A stretch of DNA of 64,000 nucleotides. Source: Eledone cirrhosa. Its lineage: Eukaryota. Below are positions 41,643 through 51,973 of the stretch, in pieces. Positions within the stretch are counted from its first letter, which is position 1, and each line of letters opens with the position of its first letter. The translations under genes were made by a program, and so were the position numbers. The notes beneath the pieces are model-generated. The model saw only the letters and a list, made by a program, of their open reading frames with translations, had not been told where the DNA came from and did no database searches. The stretch lies in assembly GCA_964016885.1 (NCBI GenBank), contig OZ024741.1:236034001-236098000 (forward strand), written 5' to 3'.

Positions 41643-42382
41643 CTAGTCACTTCCCAATTTAATTGGTGAGGGTTGGGAACATAGAAAATTCCACCAATGC
41701 TCATCTACATGATGCTGTATGACCATGATTCTCTTAGGAAAAAAAACGACATTGTTGGACCCTGAATTCTCATCCAACCATTACTTGAAAGCTGACTACC
41801 AAGCTATACCTCATCCACCTTCATCACAAGGATGAAAGTCATTGTCTATTTGAAAGGTTGTCACCAAGGTGAGTAAGGAGACCTATCTACTCCAGTTTTG
41901 AAATCAGAGTGATTCTCTAAGAAAATACCTGGCCCCAAATTTCTGTGGAGAGTATATCACTGTTATTTATTTTAACAGCCCCATTGCTGAGTGATGAGAT
42001 CTCCAGAGGTGGCAGTGGCTGTGTGAACTCAGAACACAGAAGTACCTAAATAACAAGGCACTACTGATTATGTTCCCTACAATTCTAGAAAATTGTGTTT
42101 GTTTGAAGCCGGGTTAACATAAATACAAAATGTTAAACTCACAAACATTTTAGGTTGAATAATATAAATATATACTCACACTTTATTTACTCATAACATT
42201 GTGTACTGCACGGAATCACATTAGCAAGACATTTTTGAAAAGTACAAAACATGTAATGAACTATGACTGAATCACCTTGAAATTTTAAAAATTTACTTTA
42301 CTTGATGGGAAATTTTCACAACAATCTGTCCACTAGTTATGATACTACGAAAATTTGAATTCACAAACACATTTTTAGATAT

Positions 42383-42460
42383 ATTCTTCTTCTTCTTCAC
42401 CCACTTATTCCTGTCTGTATGGGTCATGGGGACAGAGACCTCAATCACACTTTCCCTTGG
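42383..42460 (-). mobile_element. extreme 3' end of the Expander-like RTE
   Basis: (CTT)n-C(A/G)CCCACTTATTCCT matches 6193-6212; another copy lies at about 46625-46678. Confidence 0.65.
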
Positions 42461-42649
42461 TTCAAGATATATTTGAAAATGTAGGCATCCTAAATGCAGA
42501 AAATAACTAACAACAGTCCATCACCATAAATAATAGCATAGAAAATTTCTTTTATGAGGCCAGTCTGACTAGTTGGCCCTACTGTACTTTGCTTATAATG
42601 GGACTGCATTTTGGCTGGGTTTTGACTAACGAGTAATGAATAATATATA

Positions 42650-42851
42650 TATCACACTGTAAAATGGTTGTGTAGGTGTCCCGACAAAAAACGCCCAGCC
42701 CACACTGTAAATGTAGTTAGTGTTAGGAAGGGCATCCAAGCCCAAACCAGTCCTGTATGAGCAAGTCATGGTCATCGGAACTACCTTGCCTCACAATGGG
42801 TCAACCCATCTAACCCATGGAAAATGGACGTTAAATGATGATGATGATGAT
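42650..42851 (+). mobile_element. RTE-type 3' tail fragment of a SINE or LINE
   Basis: CACACTGTAAA..TTAGGAAGGGCATCC..CATGGAAAATGGACGTTAAATGATGATGAT. Confidence 0.75.
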
Positions 42852-42900
42852 ATATATATCTTAACATTTATTTCATATATACATATATGTGTGTGTGTGT

Positions 42901-43225
42901 CATCATCATCATCATCATTTTACGTCTGCTTTTTCCTACTTGCAAGGGTGGGACGGAAACTGATTCTGGATTGATTTCTACAGCTGGATGCCCTTCCTAA
43001 CACCAACCTCATTTACAGTGAGCGCTGGGTGCTTTTTTGCCGTGGCACCTCCACGACCACTTTGCAGTGGAATGATATGGACCCCAGTCCTATCATCTTA
43101 TTTCTACAGCTGAGTAAACTGGAGCAATGTGAAATAAAGTGTCTTGCTCAAGGAAACAACACATCACCCGGTCTGAGAATTGAACTCACAACCTTTCGAT
43201 TGCAAGGCTCTAACCATGTGCCTCC
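42901..43225 (-). mobile_element. SINE family B (tRNA head, CORE-like block, RTE-type tail)
   Basis: Reverse complement of 46989-47330 and 48072-48416, with a small head deletion. Confidence 0.9.
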
Positions 43226-43704
43226 ATCATGTGTGTGTATACATATAAAGAAATTCGTCTTTAAATATAAGAACTGGAAAGATTTAGGTGGAAAAGTTAT
43301 ATCAGCTTAAAATACAATAATTTATTATAATAAACTGTACACAGTTACATACAATTTTTAAAAGTATGCAGTTTTTTAAAATGTAAACAAAACATTCTAT
43401 GGATTATTTGTGCATTTGAAAAGATGAACTTGTTGAGGTATTTACTTACATATATTGATTAATTCCAATGAGTCTCATGAGGATGAAACGATTGTAAATC
43501 AAATTATGATATAATCCTAGTCTTCTGAAAGCTCTTTTTTTTTCCAAACTCAGTTGTTCGAACCTTTTCTCTCTCTGAACTCTCCATTTCCTGAAGAAAG
43601 ACGTATATCCGACGCATTAAAACCCTCATTTACTTCTTCATAAGTGTGAAACTAATAAGACTTTGTGTTTTTGTATTTCTGTGTTTGTCTTGTCTATTCT
43701 TGAA

Positions 43705-44830
43705 CTATATATATCTGCTACATATAAAGTCTCCTCTCTTTTTCGTTTGCCTACCTGCAAACCCACTACATCTTTTGTGCATCCATAGTTTACATTGAGT
43801 GCACCAAATGGAATTTCTGCCTACCCCTTTCTGATATATTGAACATGAACATTTTCCTGATGGTATGACCTTCTTGTCTTCTTTCCTAATTACTAAGACT
43901 TTCATCTTTGCTAAATTTACTTTTAGGCCTTTGAACTTTACCTCTAACTCTCCTATGGATTCAGCTATGAAGACCAGGTTGTCAGCATATAGGAACTCCC
44001 ATGGAGTGCCAGTTTTAAACACTTCAGTGGTGACCTGAAGGATGATGATAAACAGCAGGGGGCTGAGGACTGATCCCTTGTGAACTCCCACCTGTACTTC
44101 AAATTCATCACTGTACTCAATTCCAACTCTCACTCAGTTGGTTGCTCCTCTATACATGGCCTTCACAGTCCTCACAAGCCATTAGTCTATACCTAGCTCC
44201 CTAAGTACCCACCAGTTTATAGAATGTGGAACCCTGTCAAAGTCCATCTCTAGATCCACAATTACTAGATACTGTGGTTTACTTTTAGCTAAGTACCTCT
44301 CCTGTAGTTGTCTCATCAGAAACAAAGCATCAGTAGTACTCCTGTCTGGCCCAAATCTAAACTGCATCTCATCTAACTTGATTATTTCCCTAATTAGCTG
44401 TGCTTTAACCCTTTCAATAACTTTCATGACCTGGTCCATTAACTTGATGCCTCTGTAGTTACTTCTCCCTAGTGAATCTCATTTGCCCTTGTGGCAATTT
44501 ATAATATTGCTGCTGCACCAGTCATTGGGTGTGGCACCATCCTGTACTACTAGCTTAACTATGCGTCTGAACTTCATATCCTTAATTACTTTATCTATCA
44601 TACTGCTGTCAACTTTGATAGCTGGTCCCTCAGTAGGGTCTGTATGGGGGTGGGCCACACTATCCTATTCATATATATATATTCCCTTGTCCAACTCATG
44701 CCAGCCTGGAAAGCCAAGCATGCCTTACAATGTACCAAGAGACACAATTCACTCTCTTCAAAGCCACATCCTTGACCTGATGTTTCCTCTCCCCACATTG
44801 GAATAATCCCTCCACTCCCATGATAAAGAT
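43705..44830 (-). mobile_element. RTE-clade LINE ORF2 remnant (RT followed by a PHD-like Cys/His finger)
   Basis: NYRGIKLMDQVMKVIERV, EMQFRF..RSTTDALF..RQLQE, VDLEMDFDRVP, VGVHKGSVLSPLLF, LYADNLV, GLKVN..K, then C..WCTQCKLWMHKRCSG..FICSR; disrupted. Confidence 0.92.
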
Positions 44831-45156
44831 GCATCCAGCCCAGTATCTAAAGTGGTAATGTTGGTGCCACTACAAAAGCACCCAGTCTGAACGGCAAGGT
44901 AGTCACAATAAAATGATCCCAGTACACACTGTAAAGTCATTGGCATTAGGAAGGATATCCAACTGTAAAAAACAAAACAGAGCCAATATGCCAGACATGC
45001 TTTCAGTACATAACAACTTGCAAGCACAGAATATAGTCGTTAAACTATGATGATATATATATGTATGAAGTGTTCATGGTATGGAGACTGGGAAGACCAC
45101 AGATGAGGGCAGTTCTCATTACATATTTGGGTACAGAGTTCATATGCAGTAGTAAC

Positions 45157-45281
45157 TAGTAAAATCTCAACAGACAGTCAAATCCATTTCAGCTGACCTT
45201 CATATTTACTGGCTTTGAATAGTTCAAAGCCAATAAGCAGGCCAGCTGAAATGGAGTGGACTGCCTGTTGGGGCTTCGCTA
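45157..45281. repeat. ~125-bp imperfect fold-back (MITE-like)
   Basis: CAACAGACAGTC..TCCATTTCAGCTG pairs with CAGCTGAAATGGA..GACTGCCTGTTG; centre TGGCTTTGAA-TAG-TTCAAAGCCA. Confidence 0.75.
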
Positions 45282-45296
45282 ATTTCTCTCTCTCTG

Positions 45297-45333
<37 letters not shown>

Positions 45334-45381
45334 ATGAAATGACAGGAGGCTGGATTTGTGTAAATCCTTGAAAGGTTTATT

Positions 45382-45439
45382 ATACTATGATCATTTCAAT
45401 GACCGGGTTCCGTATGAATCCGGTGATATCATCAGGTAT
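45382..45439 (-). ncRNA. type-I hammerhead ribozyme motif (mirror copy)
   Basis: Exact reverse complement of 45633-45690. Confidence 0.7.
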
Positions 45440-45632
45440 TCGAAATATAATACGTGAATGTAATAGGTAAAATCCATGGGGCTGAAAATCGAGACCCGAG
45501 GGCGACCGCTATTCTGTTCCTTCAACCTCAGCCGGTCGCCCTGAGGTTGAAGGAACAGAATAGCGGTCGCCCTCGGGTCTCGATTTTCAGCCCCATGGAT
45601 TTTACCTATTACATTCACGTATTATATTTCGA

Positions 45633-45690
45633 ATACCTGATGATATCACCGGATTCATACGGAACCCGGTCATTGAAATGATCATAGTAT
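45633..45690 (+). ncRNA. type-I hammerhead ribozyme motif
   Basis: ATAC-CTGATGA-T[ATCACCGG..CCGGTCAT]T-GAAA-TGATCA-TA^GTAT: stem I ATAC/GTAT, palindromic stem III, AUA cleavage triplet; AATAAA follows directly. Confidence 0.7.
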
Positions 45691-45881
45691 AATAAACCTT
45701 TCAAGGATTTACACAAATCCAGCCTCCTGTCATTTCATTATAATATTTAACTCCGTAATAGCACCACCAACTACAAAAACAAAGACGGTTGAACTGCTTT
45801 ACGTTGAGTACTCTCTATATTATTGCATTACGATTGACCATACGGAATAGACCAGCTCTATACAGTGGTGAACCTCAAACC

Positions 45882-45918
<37 letters not shown>

Positions 45919-45921
<3 letters not shown>

Positions 45922-46305
45922 AATTAGTAATTGTGCTCTGAAATAGCGATGTATGTATGAATGTACGTATAGTATATTTGATAATATACTGTATGTTTAT
46001 TTTAAAACATTTTGAAAACCATTTGCTATGTGTTTTAAAGTAGTGACTACATCACTTATTGGTCTTGGCAAAAGCAAAGGGAAGTAATTGACGGCCATTT
46101 CTCGCTCATTAGCAGTTGTCAAGATTACATATCCCTTCGCTTCTGCTGAGAGTTATAGAAGCTGGATTCTTATAGAATTCCAGTGATGTTTAAAAGCTGA
46201 TTAAACAGAGCGGTTGCCAGTCCAGCGAATATTAGGAATTAGTATTGGTACTCTGATATAGCGATGTATGTATGAATGTATGTATAGTATATTTGATAAT
46301 AAACT
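45919..46305. repeat. 72-bp direct repeats 315 bp apart
   Basis: AGGAATTAGTA..CTCTGA.ATAGCGATGTATGTATGAATGTA.GTATAGTATATTTGATAAT at 45919-45990 and 46234-46305. Confidence 0.85.
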
Positions 46306-46316
46306 AGAGAGAGATA

Positions 46317-46455
46317 TAAAATCCTGACCACGGTCCCAAGAGGTTTCTGCTTGGCGCCGTGGTCAGGATTTTACATATTTCTATACCCACTCTGCACTGC
46401 TCCATGCATTGAGTACTCCTATGATTAGTGGTCTCAGCACTGGAGACTCACTATC
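46317..46455 (+). mobile_element. short fold-back (17-bp perfect arms) plus tail
   Basis: TAAAATCCTGACCACGG/CCGTGGTCAGGATTTTA at 46317-46373; the tail has GAGTACTC at 46411-46418. Confidence 0.6.
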
Positions 46456-46958
46456 TCTCTTTCGCTCTCTCTGTCTCTCTATATATACATATATATATAT
46501 ACACACACATAACTTTAATAATAATAACAGTGTTGCTATTATATATATATATACACACATATAACTTTAATAATAATAACAGTGTTGCTATTACTGGGTA
46601 TGTACTTAACTATATATATACTTGCTCTTCATCCTCTTCTTTTTCTTCTTCCTCTTCCTCGCCCACTTATTCCTGTGTGTGTCAGAAAATAACTGTAACA
46701 ACAGTTGATGGCCATAAATAATAGCTTAGAAAATCAGGTTAATATATCCCTATAGATGGAAAAAAGTGGCCAGCAGCTGTTATGGATAATTTGAACTCTG
46801 TATCTCTCAAATGCTTGCATGGTGCTCAAGAGACTATATGTATAGTGATTGAATATTGTTAGAGTTATTTTTTGCATTTGGAATTTTCAAATTTCAAATT
46901 ACCCACCACTTTCATAATATATACATATACACACACACACATATATATATATATATAT

Positions 46959-47328
46959 GGAGGCACATGGCTTAGTGGTTAGAGCAATGGAGGCATATGG
47001 CTTAGTGGTTAGAGCATTGGCCTTGCAAACAAAAGGTTGTGAGTTCAATTCTCAGACCGGGTGATGTGTTGTTTCCTTGAGCAAGACACTTTATTTCACA
47101 TTGCTCCAGTTTACTCAGCTGTAGAAATAAGATGATAGGGACTGGGGTTCCTATCATTCCACTGTAAAGTGGTCGTGGAGGTGCCACGGCAAAAAAGCAC
47201 CCAGCACTCACTGTAAATGAGGTTGGTGTTAGGAAGGGCATCCAGCTGTAGAAATCAAGCCACCATCAGTTCCCGTCCCACCCTTGCAAGCAGGAAAAAG
47301 CGGACGTAAAATGATGATGATGATGATG

Positions 47329-47330
<2 letters not shown>
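46959..47330 (+). mobile_element. SINE family B with a 30-bp tandem duplication of the head
   Basis: GGAGGCA(C/T)ATGGCTTAGTGGTTAGAGCA twice; B box GAGTTCAATTC; TTTCCTTGAGCAAGACACTTT; (GAT)n tail. Confidence 0.92.
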
Positions 47331-47368
<38 letters not shown>

Positions 47369-47369
47369 A

Positions 47370-47758
47370 TATATTGGAGAGAACTGAGGCAAGAATGCTT
47401 TGATGGATGTGCAATGTTAATGTGCAATAATGACAAAGCATGAACAGAGGGAGAAACTGGGTATAGGAGGAACCAGAATTAGTGTGCAGGAGAGGAGACT
47501 GCATTGGCATGGATATGCAATCTGCATGGATGACGATTGCTAGGTGAAGAAGTGCAAAGTAATTACAGTGGAAGGAAGCCACAGTAGAGGAAGACCAAGG
47601 AAAACCTGGATGGAAGTGCTGAGAGTTGATCTTAAACGTTAAAACTCACTGAGGAGATGACAAAGGAATGCAAAAAATGGAGAGATGCTGCACTGAGAAG
47701 GACCCAACCAACTCAAGTATGCGTGGAACAACGGACATAAAATAATGATGATGATGAT
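47370..47758 (+). mobile_element. RTE LINE 3' fragment
   Basis: RRLHWHG..MDDDC*VKKCK..VEG..RGRPRKTW..; ends GGACATAAAATAATGATGATGAT. Confidence 0.85.
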
Positions 47759-47776
47759 ATATATATACATATATAT

Positions 47777-47870
<94 letters not shown>

Positions 47871-48071
47871 TTTAGGGGAAACCTTACAAATTTATTTTTT
47901 AAAAATAAATATACAAAATTTAAAAACTAATTTTTGAAGGTTTCCTCTAAAAGAAATGTTTTTTGTTTTGTTTCCTTTCATTGTCTTGCTCTTTGTTGAT
48001 GTTCTTAAGTTTATCTACTAATGAGGCAAACGTGTTTTTCTCTTCTACCCCATTTATTATATATAAACAAT

Positions 48072-48416
48072 GGAGGCACATGGCTTAGTGGTTAGAGCAT
48101 TGGCCTTGCAATCGAAAGGTTGTGAGTTCAATTCTCAGACCGGGTGATGTGTTGTTTCCTTGAGCAAGATAGTTTAGTTCACATTGCTCCAGTTTACTCA
48201 GCTGTAGAAATGAGATGATAGGGACTGGGGTCCATATCATTCCACTGCAAAGTGGTTGTGGAGGTGCCACGGCAACAAAGCACTCAGCACTCACTGTAAA
48301 TGAGGTTGGTGTTAGGAAGGGCATCCAACTGTAGAAATCAAGCCAGTATCAGTTCCCGTCCCACCCTTGCAAGCAGGGAAAAAGCAGACGTAATATGAAA
48401 TGATGATGATGATGAT
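48072..48416 (+). mobile_element. SINE family B, full length
   Basis: Highly similar to 46989-47330; absent from the mirror arm at about 50525. Confidence 0.92.
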
Positions 48417-48723
48417 ACAAATATATTATTGATGGACTTTTACAAACATGATCGCGTTAGCCAACAATATATCAACCTACACACATAATTGTATTAACAT
48501 CTGTTGATGTCACACTGGTGCAACTAGCTGTTCTGACGATTGCACAACATCTCCATGATGGTGTCACAGAAATACGTATAATTAATATATATGATTATGT
48601 AACTTCTGTCTTAACACTTATTTCATATATACATATATATACATACATACATATATATATATATACATATAGACATATATATATATATATATATGTGTAT
48701 GTATATATATATGGATGTATATA

Positions 48724-49722
48724 TCATCATCATCATCATCATCGTTTAACGTCCATCTTCCACGCTAGCATGGGTTTGGACGGGAATTTTCCCACTTGAG
48801 GCAAGATTGGTCGTCTTGCTCGTATAGGACTTTCTGGCGGGTTTTTTACGGCCGGATACCCTTCCTAACGCCAACCACATTTACAGTGTGGACTGGGAGG
48901 TTTTTACCGTGTTACCTACTCGGTCACATTACAGCGTGGGCTGTGTGTTTTTTTTGTCGTGACACCTACACGACCTCATTTGTTTCGGACTGGATGTTGT
49001 GGTACCAACATAACTTTACATCGAAAGGGGTGGTGTGGATGGGGTGGGGGTAGTGGGACGGGGGTGTATTTTTGTTAAGAGGTACCTACTGACTGTAGGT
49101 TTCGCTTTGTACTTAGACAAGGCGGGTCTTCTGTATTACTGTGTAGTGCCAAAGATCTTGGTCCAGTGACATTGTCTTGGAGAGGTGTAAGTGTGTGAGG
49201 TCGGAATTTATCAAGTCGTCCCAGGTTTTTCTGGGTCTGCCTACTCCGTGGCTACCGTCTATTTTTATCACCCTGCACTTTTTTATACAGCTGTCGTCTT
49301 TCATGCGCATCACGTGACCATACCAACGTTGACTTCTCTCGAGTAAACAGCATCTGATCCCTCTTATTCCTAATTTCTCACTTCATTTATGCTTTGCCGT
49401 TCATGTATATTACTATTACACATCCAGCGGAGCATGCAAGCTTCGTTTCTCTCCAGTCTGTGTATATCCTCTGCACACAATGCCCAAGTCTCACTGCCAT
49501 GTAACATTGCTGTTCGTATGCAGGCATACGAACAGCAATGTTCATTTTTAGAGAGAAACCTTTAGCGGCCAATAGTTGTATAAGCTCTCTGAACTTTTTC
49601 TATCCCGTTCTGACTCTAGCTACTGTACTTTCAGAGCACCCTCCACCACTGCTGATTTTGTCACCCAGGTAACGGAAGGTGTCCACTATTTCTATAGAAC
49701 CATCTGTGCAATGGAATGAGCT
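48724..49722 (-). mobile_element. 5'-truncated RTE LINE (C-terminal ORF2, 3' UTR, (GAT)n tail)
   Basis: DTFRYLGDKISSGGG..KKFREL, RWYGHVMRM..KKCR..GRPRKTWDDLI..W. Confidence 0.92.
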
Positions 49723-49898
49723 AGTATATATGTATATATATATGAAATAAGTGTTAAGACAGAAGTTACATAATCATATATATTAATTATACGTTTTTCT
49801 GTGACACCATTATGGAGTTGTTGTGCAATCGTCAGAACAGCGACTTGCACCAGTGTGACATCAACAGATGTTAACACAATTATGTGTGTAGGTTTATA

Positions 49899-50470
49899 TC
49901 ATCATCATCATCGTTTAATGTCTATTTTCCACGCTAGCATGGGTTTAAACGGGAATTGTTCCACTTGAGGCAAGATTGGTCAGGTGACCATGTCTCACTC
50001 GTATAGGACTCTCTGGCAGATTTTCTACAGCTGGATGTCCTTCCTAACACCAACCACGTTTACAGTGTGGACTGGGAGGTTTTTACCGTGTTACCTACAT
50101 GGCCACATTACAGTGTGGACTGTGTTTTTTTGTTGTGACACCTACACAACGTCATTTATTTTGGATTGGATGTTGTGGTACCAAGATAACTTTACAGAGA
50201 AAGGGTGGTGTTGGTGGGCGTGGGGGGAGTAAGAGTAGTGGGATGGGGATGTATATTTGATTAAGAGGTGACTACTGACTGTAGGTTTCGCTTTGTACAT
50301 AGGTAAGGCGGGTCTTTTGTATCACTGCGTAGCGCAGCGCCAAAGATCTCGGTCCAGTGACATTGTCTTAGAGAGGTGTAAGTGTGTAAGGTCGGAATTT
50401 ATCAAATCGTCCAGGTTTTTCTGGGTCTACCTACTCCGTAACTTCCATCAATTTTGATCACCCTGCCCTT
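49899..50470 (-). mobile_element. second, shorter 3' copy of the same RTE LINE
   Basis: Co-linear with 48730-49285. Confidence 0.9.
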
Positions 50471-51105
50471 TTTTTTGTTGGCTAACATGATCATGTTTGC
50501 AAAAGTCCATCAAATATATATTTGTATATATATAATAAATGGGGTAGAAGAGAAAAATATGTTTGCCTCATTAGTAGATAAACTTAAGAACATTAAACAA
50601 AGAAGAACAAGACAATGAATGGAAACAAAACAAAATGAAAAACATTTTTTTAGGGGAAACCTTCAGAGATTAGTTTTTAAACTTTGTATATTTATTTAAA
50701 ACAAATAAATTTTTAAGGTTTCCCCTAAAAAAATTATATATTGTTTTTAGTTTTGTTTTGTTTCATTGTCTTGTCCTTCTTTGTTAATTTTCTTAAGTAT
50801 ATATATATGTGTGTGTGGGTACATAACTAAGATCATATATGCCTCAACCAGAACATAAACAAATTTAAGCCAAACCCATGCTATCCATAAATTCAAGGAA
50901 ACACAAACCACAGTCCTATAATCAACCCTACCCACAAATCTGTACTGCTTCAACTGTAAATTAAATTCAAACATGTCCTTAAAAACCACACTATCCCTCT
51001 CAGCCAAATAACAGCCAACCTGCTCCAATTACTGGTATCTGGTATTGGGGCGATGGATGTCATTAAACTGCATAGTCTCGCTTTCTCTCTCTCTCTCTCT
51101 ATATA

Positions 51106-51143
<38 letters not shown>

Positions 51144-51761
51144 CACACACACATATGCCATTTCTCACATGTGTACATGGGCTTACATATGTGAAAGGAA
51201 TGCTGTCATTTGAATCTACATCAATATTTGTCTGGTATAGAATACAAAGGTAAACAGTAGGCACTAACACAGAATGATTCATAATAGAGGTGAATATGAA
51301 GGCATATACAATACATATACATATAATAAACCTACTCATGCTGTGGGTATCTTAAGCTGTGGTCTTTTTACAGCTACCTCAGTAAATCTGTGAGTATGTC
51401 AAATCCTAGTATATCAGGATCATTATCCATCATCAGTGATGTTTACTCTCTTGGCACTGAAGTAAATAAGCTATTAGCTAATATTTAGATTTTGAAAATA
51501 TATATTTGAGGGTGTTCATTTCTATATAGTGCAGGTTTGATGGGCTAGCATCAATTAGCAGAAGCACTGACACTGTGTGATTCATAAAAGAGATGAAAAT
51601 GAGAGCATATAAAGAGATGCGCCTTAGCTATTCTGTCATTAATTACACTTCTTTGGAGCCAACGGCTAGCTAGAAATAGCAAGCAAATCTCCTTGAAATC
51701 TCACACTACTGTCTTAAAGAAAATGAAAGGACACATTGTGCAATGTAGTCCTACTTATACC

Positions 51762-51973
51762 TAGGGTTGGATTAACCAGTGAGCAAAATAAGCACATGCT
51801 TAGGGCATCAAGGGAAGATGAGCACATTTTATTTAAATCAAATGTATTTGTTATTCCTCTCCTTCCCCCTAAAAAACAGTTTTGCAGACTATATAAATGC
51901 AGAGTGGGGTGAGGCGGGGGTCACCATACTATTTTAAGGGCTTAGGGCCTCGAAAAAACTTAATCTGGCCCAG
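51762..51973. mobile_element. hAT-like MITE, copy 2, nested in a family C repeat
   Basis: Imperfect TIRs TAGGGTTGGATTAA / TTAATCTGGCCCAG; body similar to 7497-7658. Confidence 0.65.

Larger units (their letters stand above)
45331..45885 (+). mobile_element. perfect palindromic element (201-bp arms, 9-nt spacer) plus ~140-bp tail, between (TA)n tracts; probable non-autonomous Penelope derivative
   Basis: 45331-45531 is the reverse complement of 45541-45741, with no mismatch seen; spacer CCGGTCGCC; each arm has a hammerhead motif plus AATAAA. Confidence 0.85.
47862..50742. repeat. old inverted duplication (arms ~47862-48640 and ~49725-50742), each arm interrupted by a later insertion
   Basis: 48470-48640 mirrors 49725-49898; 48418-48467 mirrors 50475-50526; 47862-48065 mirrors 50527-50742. 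Confidence 0.88.

Noticed and set aside
45391-45681. Two near-identical 75-aa ORFs on opposite strands
   Set aside because: A consequence of the palindrome; GTG start and no recognisable protein.
46959-47065. tRNA gene
   Set aside because: The A and B boxes belong to a SINE head; there is no complete cloverleaf and it continues into the SINE body.
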